Below, piece by piece: positions 58,400 through 64,000 of a stretch of 64,000 nt of DNA. The notes beneath the pieces were generated by a model. The model worked only from the letters and a program-made list of their open reading frames with translations. It was not told where the DNA came from and did not search any database. Every line of letters starts with the position of its first letter. Position 1 is the stretch's first letter. This stretch comes from an uncultured Nitrososphaerota archaeon (lineage in GTDB: Archaea > Thermoproteota > EX4484-205 > JAAOZP01), in assembly GCA_964416155.1 (NCBI GenBank), contig CAYQCW010000002.1:178215-242214 (forward strand). Reading direction: 5' to 3'. The translations under genes were made by a program, and so were the position numbers.

Positions 58400-59797
58400 A
58401 TGAGCGTGAATAGGCTTGGGGGAAACCTTAGGGACGTCTTCATCTACAGCACTTTGACTAAGAAGGTTGAGAAACTGGTTCCAACGCATCCCGGGGAAGT
58501 CAGAATATACGTGTGCGGCCCCACCGTCTACGATGTAGCCCATCTGGGCCACGCCCGGTCGGAAATAATCTACGACTCGTTTAGAAGGTTTCTGGAGTAC
58601 TTGGGCTACAGGGTTATCTTCGTAAGGAATATCACTGACGTTGACGACAAGATAATAAACAGGGCCATTGAGGAGGACAGGCCTGCGAGCGAGGTTGCAC
58701 TCCAATACATGGTTGAATATTTCATTGACACTCTGAGGCTCGGGATAAGGCCTCCCACCTTCAACCCGAGGGTGACCGACCATATTCCTGACATAATAGT
58801 ATTCGTGAAAAAGCTGGTGGAGAAGGGTTATGCTTACGAGACGCTTGGCGACGTGTATTTCTCCGTAAGGAAGTATCAAGGCTACGGGGAGCTCCCAAGC
58901 CAATCCCTGGATAAGATCCTCGCAGGCGCCAGGATTGAGCCTGGGGAGAACAAGAGGGACCCGCTTGACTTCGCGCTCTGGAAGGCCGCAAAGCCGGGAG
59001 AGGCCTCTTGGGAGAGCCCATGGGGAAGAGGTAGACCAGGCTGGCATATTGAGTGCAGCGTGATGGCTATGAAGTATCTGGGTGAGACTCTAGACATACA
59101 CGCGGGTGGGACTGAGCTAGTTTTCCCTCACCATGAGAACGAGAGGGCACAGTCCGAAGCGTTAACAGGAAAGAGGTTCGTACAGATATGGATGCACCAC
59201 GGGCTTTTAAACGTTGAAGGCGAGAAAATGTCGAAAAGTCTCAAAAACTATGTGACGGTCAGAGAGGTTTTAAGCAGGTTTGACCCAGATACTCTCAGGT
59301 TCTACATTCTTTCAACGCATTACAGGAGCCCGTTGGACTATAGCGAGCAGTCCCTTGAGGCCGCTAAGAAAGGGCTTGACAGGGTTAGGAGGATCCTGGT
59401 GAGGCTGGGTGAGGGTGAGGAGGGTGAGAGTGTGGAGGCCGACGAGCTTGAAACCGAGGTTTTAAACCATTTGTGCGACGATTTCAACACGCCCCGCGCT
59501 ATCGCGACGCTCATGGAGGCTGCTAACAGGATTCTGGAGGATTTAAGCAGGAACACGGTTTCAAAAACCCTCCTACACAGGTTTTCAAAGCTTTGGAGGA
59601 TGCTTGGGTTCTTCCAAGAAGGGGTTGAAAGAGCTACGCAGAGGGAGAGAAGGCTTATAGAAATACTGGTTAGGCTGAGGGAGTGGGCTAGGGCTTCTGG
59701 AGACTACGGGCTTGCCGACAGGATTAGAGACGAGCTTAGAAAGATCGGAATACTCGTTGAAGACTCTAAGGAGGGCACGGTAACCTATATACTTTAG
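58400..59797 (+). CDS. cysS: cysteinyl-tRNA synthetase
   Basis: YVCGPTVY..HLGH, DFALWK, GRPGWHIECS, FPHHENE, KMSKS. Confidence 0.97.
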   Translation: MSVNRLGGNLRDVFIYSTLTKKVEKLVPTHPGEVRIYVCGPTVYDVAHLGHARSEIIYDSFRRFLEYLGYRVIFVRNITDVDDKIINRAIEEDRPASEVALQYMVEYFIDTLRLGIRPPTFNPRVTDHIPDIIVFVKKLVEKGYAYETLGDVYFSVRKYQGYGELPSQSLDKILAGARIEPGENKRDPLDFALWKAAKPGEASWESPWGRGRPGWHIECSVMAMKYLGETLDIHAGGTELVFPHHENERAQSEALTGKRFVQIWMHHGLLNVEGEKMSKSLKNYVTVREVLSRFDPDTLRFYILSTHYRSPLDYSEQSLEAAKKGLDRVRRILVRLGEGEEGESVEADELETEVLNHLCDDFNTPRAIATLMEAANRILEDLSRNTVSKTLLHRFSKLWRMLGFFQEGVERATQRERRLIEILVRLREWARASGDYGLADRIRDELRKIGILVEDSKEGTVTYIL

Positions 59798-59994
59798 AAT
59801 CCTCCCGGATGGAAGAAAGCTTAAAATAAGAGTGGCTAATAGGTTTCTCCGTCTCGAAAACATGGCAAGCGGAGCGTATACGGATAATCTGCTTTCGGAG
59901 CCGAGTAGCGCAAGCAGACCTGTAGAGAAACGTTTCAGTAAAAAATACAGTTCAAAGACATGGGGAGAAGAATGTTAAACAATCGTGTTGAGAC

Positions 59995-60771
59995 TTGTTA
60001 GGTGTGGGAAACCAATTGAACATTTGCATTAATACTTCGAGCATCAGTCACCTGGCGTCCAGGGAGGGAATAGGCTTTGAACAGGCCCTGGCTAAATGCT
60101 TTGAGAAAGGCATTAGAAACCTGGAGCTCGACGAGCCGAATTCCAGAGACAGGGAGCAGGTTATACAGTTCTTCAACGAGATAAGGAATAACGGTGGCAA
60201 TGTTGCAGTCCTAAACCTTAGGCTAAACCTGCTTGGTGGAGACGTTAAGAGCAACGAGAAGTATTTGAATGATGTTAAAAACTGGATAAAGTTCTGTGGA
60301 GAAAACGGCTGCAAAGTGTTAAGGCTAAGGGCCACGCCTATTGATGGAGAAACATACTGCGAAAAAGCTTTTAAACTCCTCTATAGGAACCTTCTTAATA
60401 TTCTTTCCTCAGCCGAGAAGAACAATGTTGAGATCAGCATAAGCACGGATAAGGCTGCTTTCTCTAACATGGATAGGCTGGCAGCCATGATTGAAGACAT
60501 CGGGTCGGAGACAATAGGGTTGACGCTGGACTCTGAAAGCTTTAGCAGGCTTGACGAAAAAATGCTTGAGAAACTTGTTCCGCTGGTTAACCATGTGACG
60601 ATAAGCGAAACCTTTTTGAAAAGCCTTGAGAAAAACATCATGGAGAAAGCGATTAAAACACTGAGGGCGAAGGCTTATGACGGGTATGTTTCACTCCAGC
60701 TTAAAGAAGCGTGCAGCATGGAGGAGTTAAGCAGCTACGTGGACACGATTAGAAGGATGATTAGTCCCTAG
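59995..60771 (+). CDS. xylose-isomerase-like TIM-barrel protein (sugar-phosphate isomerase/epimerase family), metal ligands degenerate
   Basis: Fold pattern '...AEKNNVEI...IGLTLD...VNHV...YDGYVSL'. Confidence 0.65.
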   Translation: MLGVGNQLNICINTSSISHLASREGIGFEQALAKCFEKGIRNLELDEPNSRDREQVIQFFNEIRNNGGNVAVLNLRLNLLGGDVKSNEKYLNDVKNWIKFCGENGCKVLRLRATPIDGETYCEKAFKLLYRNLLNILSSAEKNNVEISISTDKAAFSNMDRLAAMIEDIGSETIGLTLDSESFSRLDEKMLEKLVPLVNHVTISETFLKSLEKNIMEKAIKTLRAKAYDGYVSLQLKEACSMEELSSYVDTIRRMISP

Positions 60772-63179
60772 AGTTTTTCGAAGAAAACCCCGTCAACCTT
60801 CTCAAAGCCTTCACCCGGAGGCCTGAATGACAACTTAACCCTGTGCATCCTTGCTAAATCCTGCTCCAGAGGCTTCAACCTCTCTGAGACATAAACCCTG
60901 TAGCCGATTTCCTTGTTCAGAGAAACGCCTAGCTTTTTCTTAAACTTCCAAACGGCTGAGTTGACATTCATGAAGAGCACCGCTACCTCGCTTTCAACAG
61001 GCTCTACGTCTCCCAGCACTGGGAAAGACTTGCAGGTAACTGGCTCTCCATAAATGTTTCTGAACAAGTAGTCTGTTATGAAGGGTATAATGGGTGAGAG
61101 ACCTATTAGACAGGCTCTCAGAACCCTGTGAAGAGTATACCAGGCTGACTCAGCCTCCTCCCTACTACCCTGCAGGTAGACCCTTGGCTTAACAGCCTCC
61201 AAGTAATGGTCTGCGAAAAAGTTCCACATATAGTTTCTCAATAGGTTTGAGGGACCGTAGAAGTCTAGAGAATCATAATCCTTCTTGATCTCTTCAAAAA
61301 CCCTTTTAAGCTCGCTTAATGCAAGCTTGTCCAAGAAACACAGTTCCCCCGGCTTCCTATGCACGTATTCGAAGGAGGATATGAACCGTCCTATGTTCCA
61401 CAGCTTGGTTAGGAAGAGCCCGGCACCCTTAACCCTTTCCTCCGAGAAACGATAGTTCGAGCCCAGCTTAGCCTCTGAGGCAGCCCAGAACCTGAACGCG
61501 TCAGCCCCATACTTCTTAAGATACTCATCGGGGAAAACCACATTCCCCTTAGACTTGTGCATCGCCTCCCCCTTCTCATCCAGCCCTAGGCCACTTATCC
61601 TAACTTCTTTGAATGGAGGAGTGTTGAGGAGTTGAACAGTCCTAAGAATAGAGTAGTACAGCCATGTCCTTATTATCTCGTAGCCCTGCGGCCTCAGTGA
61701 ACACACCCAGGATCTTTTGAAAAGCGTCTCGTTCCTCCTGTAGCCTGTTACGAAGAGCTGAGATATGCTTGAATCCATCCAAGTGTCAAGAACCCGAGCA
61801 TCTCCCTTGAAAACAGTTCCACCGCATTTAACGCATTTAGCGTCTCCACTAGGCGGATCCCTCCAAGGCCTGTAATATTTCCCCGGCTCAGGAACATAGG
61901 GTTCACCACACCTACTGCAGTACCATAGTGGAACCTCAGTAGCATAATGTCTCCTCCTAGAGATAGGCCAATCACCCCTCACGCTGTTAATCCAGTCTAA
62001 GAGTATCTGCCTCATCGACCCAGGATGAAAAACCATTTTGCCTGAGGCTTCTCTCACCCTATCTATGAACTCCTCCTGTTTAAGGTATAGCTCGCTCATC
62101 TCTACAAACTCAAGATGAGTGTGACACCTCCAGCAGACAGGTATTCTTTGAACAATCTCCTCAGACTTTGCAAGCAACCCTCTTCTCGAAAGCTCCTCGA
62201 CAATTCTCCCCCGAGCCTCATTAACCTTCAGACCTTTAAACAATCCAGCCTCCTCAGTCAGAACAGCGTTCTCGTCAATCACCCTCGTAGGCTTTAAACC
62301 GAGCTCTCTAAACAGCCTTATGTCAGAGGTATCGCCATAGCTACATATCATCACAAGACCAGTCCCGAATTCAGGCTTCGCATAACTGTTAGGAATTACT
62401 CTAACCTCCTTATCGTATATTGGTACCATGATAGTCTTACCTTCAAGCTTCAGATATCTCTCATCTGAAGGATTAAATATCACAGCGTCACAGCCAGCAA
62501 GAAGCTCAGGCCTAGTGGTAGCTATCTGAACATCTTCACCAGTCTCCCTAACCTTGAAAAGCAAGTAGTAAAGCTTCGAAGGAGCCTCTATGTACTCCAC
62601 CTCAGCATCCGCTATTGCTGTACCGCACCTTGGACACCAGTTAGTAGGCCTCGTCGCCTCATATATGAGACCCTGCTTCCACAGTTCTATGAACGTCTCC
62701 TGAGTTAAGCTCCTGTACTCGGGGGAGTCAGTCCTATACATGTTTTCGAAGTCGCTGCTCAACCCGAGTCTTTTAGCCTGATCAATGACCTCTGCCTCAA
62801 CATTGTCAAGGGTATTTTTACAAAGATCAATGAAGTATTCTCTGCCAACCTCCTTAGCCATTATATTGAACTGCCTCTCAACCATGACTTCGACAGGCAG
62901 ACCGTTTCTATCCCAACCTATTGGAAAGTGAACATTATAGCCCAGAAGCCTCTTGTACCGGGCAACCATGTCAATACCAACGTAATGTGCAGCTCCTCCA
63001 ACATGCCATTTTGCCGAGATGTATGGAGGGGGAGTATCTATGGTGTAGATATCGCCGGGTTTGTCAGGATCGAACCTGTACAGGCCCTCCTTCTCCCAAA
63101 TCTTCAGCAGCTCTTCCTCAAGCTCTGGAGACCATCGTTTCTCCTGTATCTTGGGTTTCGCCTTCATGCTCATGAGCAA
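60768..63179 (-). CDS. valS: valyl-tRNA synthetase (archaeal type)
   Basis: IDTPPPY...HVGG, ATTRPE, DWPISR, DTWMDSS, RPQGYEII, MHKSKGN. Confidence 0.95.
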   Translation of the reverse strand: MLMSMKAKPKIQEKRWSPELEEELLKIWEKEGLYRFDPDKPGDIYTIDTPPPYISAKWHVGGAAHYVGIDMVARYKRLLGYNVHFPIGWDRNGLPVEVMVERQFNIMAKEVGREYFIDLCKNTLDNVEAEVIDQAKRLGLSSDFENMYRTDSPEYRSLTQETFIELWKQGLIYEATRPTNWCPRCGTAIADAEVEYIEAPSKLYYLLFKVRETGEDVQIATTRPELLAGCDAVIFNPSDERYLKLEGKTIMVPIYDKEVRVIPNSYAKPEFGTGLVMICSYGDTSDIRLFRELGLKPTRVIDENAVLTEEAGLFKGLKVNEARGRIVEELSRRGLLAKSEEIVQRIPVCWRCHTHLEFVEMSELYLKQEEFIDRVREASGKMVFHPGSMRQILLDWINSVRGDWPISRRRHYATEVPLWYCSRCGEPYVPEPGKYYRPWRDPPSGDAKCVKCGGTVFKGDARVLDTWMDSSISQLFVTGYRRNETLFKRSWVCSLRPQGYEIIRTWLYYSILRTVQLLNTPPFKEVRISGLGLDEKGEAMHKSKGNVVFPDEYLKKYGADAFRFWAASEAKLGSNYRFSEERVKGAGLFLTKLWNIGRFISSFEYVHRKPGELCFLDKLALSELKRVFEEIKKDYDSLDFYGPSNLLRNYMWNFFADHYLEAVKPRVYLQGSREEAESAWYTLHRVLRACLIGLSPIIPFITDYLFRNIYGEPVTCKSFPVLGDVEPVESEVAVLFMNVNSAVWKFKKKLGVSLNKEIGYRVYVSERLKPLEQDLARMHRVKLSFRPPGEGFEKVDGVFFEKL

Positions 63180-63378
63180 GTTTTAGGGAATATTTAGGTA
63201 GTTTAAATGTTTCGATTTCTCAGTAAAGCCGATAGCTTTTTTAGAAACTTGCTTGACCCCTTATAAACGTCAGCTTTTCGCATAGGGCTTAATAAGAGTT
63301 GTTGACCGTCTAGCAAGAACGATGGAGCGCGCGCTACGGAGCTTCAGAACCAGGGAAAAACACCATCAGTTTCCTCGC

Positions 63379-63924
63379 TTAAATGATCCTTGCGATTTCT
63401 TGAAACCCCTTTCTCAGAGGTCTTTTCAACTCCGCTTCCATCTGCTTACTTGAAAGACTGCTGACAGCTTTACGAGAATGCTTCCCAATTACGATTAGGG
63501 TAATCAGAATATCCTCCTCCGGGATTCCCAGAGCCTTCTTAGCCTTATCTTGGTCGTATCCTGCGATGGGATGGGCAACTAATCCAAGCTCCGTCGCCCT
63601 CAGAATCATCAGGGCTACCGCCATACCTGTATCGAAAAGATAGTATTCACGCTCCTTAACGACACAATCATAATCCTTCCTGGAGTAAACAGCCACGATT
63701 AACGAAGCTGTTTTCGCCCAATTGTTTCCGCTCGATAACGCGCTATATAACTCCTCAAGCTTTTCACGTCTCTTCGCAAATACAAACCTCCAAGGCTGGT
63801 TGTTGAAACAAGAGGGGGCTAGAGAAGCATGATAAGTCAAATCCTTAATCAGTTCATCGGTGGCTTCTACCGGCTCGATAGCACGGTAGGCTCTCCTGCT
63901 TTCTATTGCTTCACGAACATCCAT
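63379..63924 (-). CDS. nitroreductase family protein
   Basis: I.SRRAYR, APSCFNNQPW.F, DTG.A...L.ATELGL. Confidence 0.9.
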   Translation of the reverse strand: MDVREAIESRRAYRAIEPVEATDELIKDLTYHASLAPSCFNNQPWRFVFAKRREKLEELYSALSSGNNWAKTASLIVAVYSRKDYDCVVKEREYYLFDTGMAVALMILRATELGLVAHPIAGYDQDKAKKALGIPEEDILITLIVIGKHSRKAVSSLSSKQMEAELKRPLRKGFQEIARII

Positions 63925-64000
63925 GAATAATCCGCTTCCTCGATCCTTTTTAGTTTTTCTTTAAAAATTTTTGTAACAGTTTTTTCGGGAAACGCTTAAA

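Noticed and set aside
58370-59047. Long antisense/overlapping ORFs (this one, 52697-53533, 20527-21081, 37495-37998, 47968-48468 and many short ones)
   Set aside because: They are shadows of well-supported genes on the opposite strand, with Ser/Pro/Leu-rich composition and no motifs.
1-64000. CRISPR arrays, rRNA/tRNA genes, integrases, provirus or defence islands
   Set aside because: No spaced repeats, rRNA or GTTCRAATC tRNA signatures, or recognisable mobile-element ORFs were found by eye.

Overview
Compact, gene-dense archaeal chromosome segment, most likely TACK. Markers include a crenarchaeal-type SSB, Nre, PAC2, isopentenyl-phosphate kinase and TATA-type promoters with apparently leaderless starts. 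The gene set is compatible with an anaerobic fermenter such as Ca. Brockarchaeota, but that assignment is inference only. It holds a peptide/sugar ABC transporter, a head-to-head pair of NiFe-hydrogenase operons (cyanobacteria-like HoxEFUYH, group 3d, and a group 3b sulfhydrogenase), hypFCDE, both a PPi-type and an ATP-type PfkA, acs, pgk, glyA, lipid-synthesis genes, CysRS and ValRS. The most striking observation is at 34502-35724 (minus strand). Two ORFs of an Fe-S protein gene are joined into one 400-aa frame by removing a 20-nt segment (35194-35213). This segment folds into a relaxed bulge-helix-bulge motif whose standard endonuclease cut sites give exactly that excision, so it is a candidate tRNA-type micro-intron in an mRNA. 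Nearby are a catalytically degenerate SufS homologue, an unannotated 38-aa ORF, an IS200/IS605-end-like structured element and a candidate ncRNA. No CRISPR array, tRNA, rRNA or intact transposase was recognised. All calls are by eye; no database search or folding program was run.
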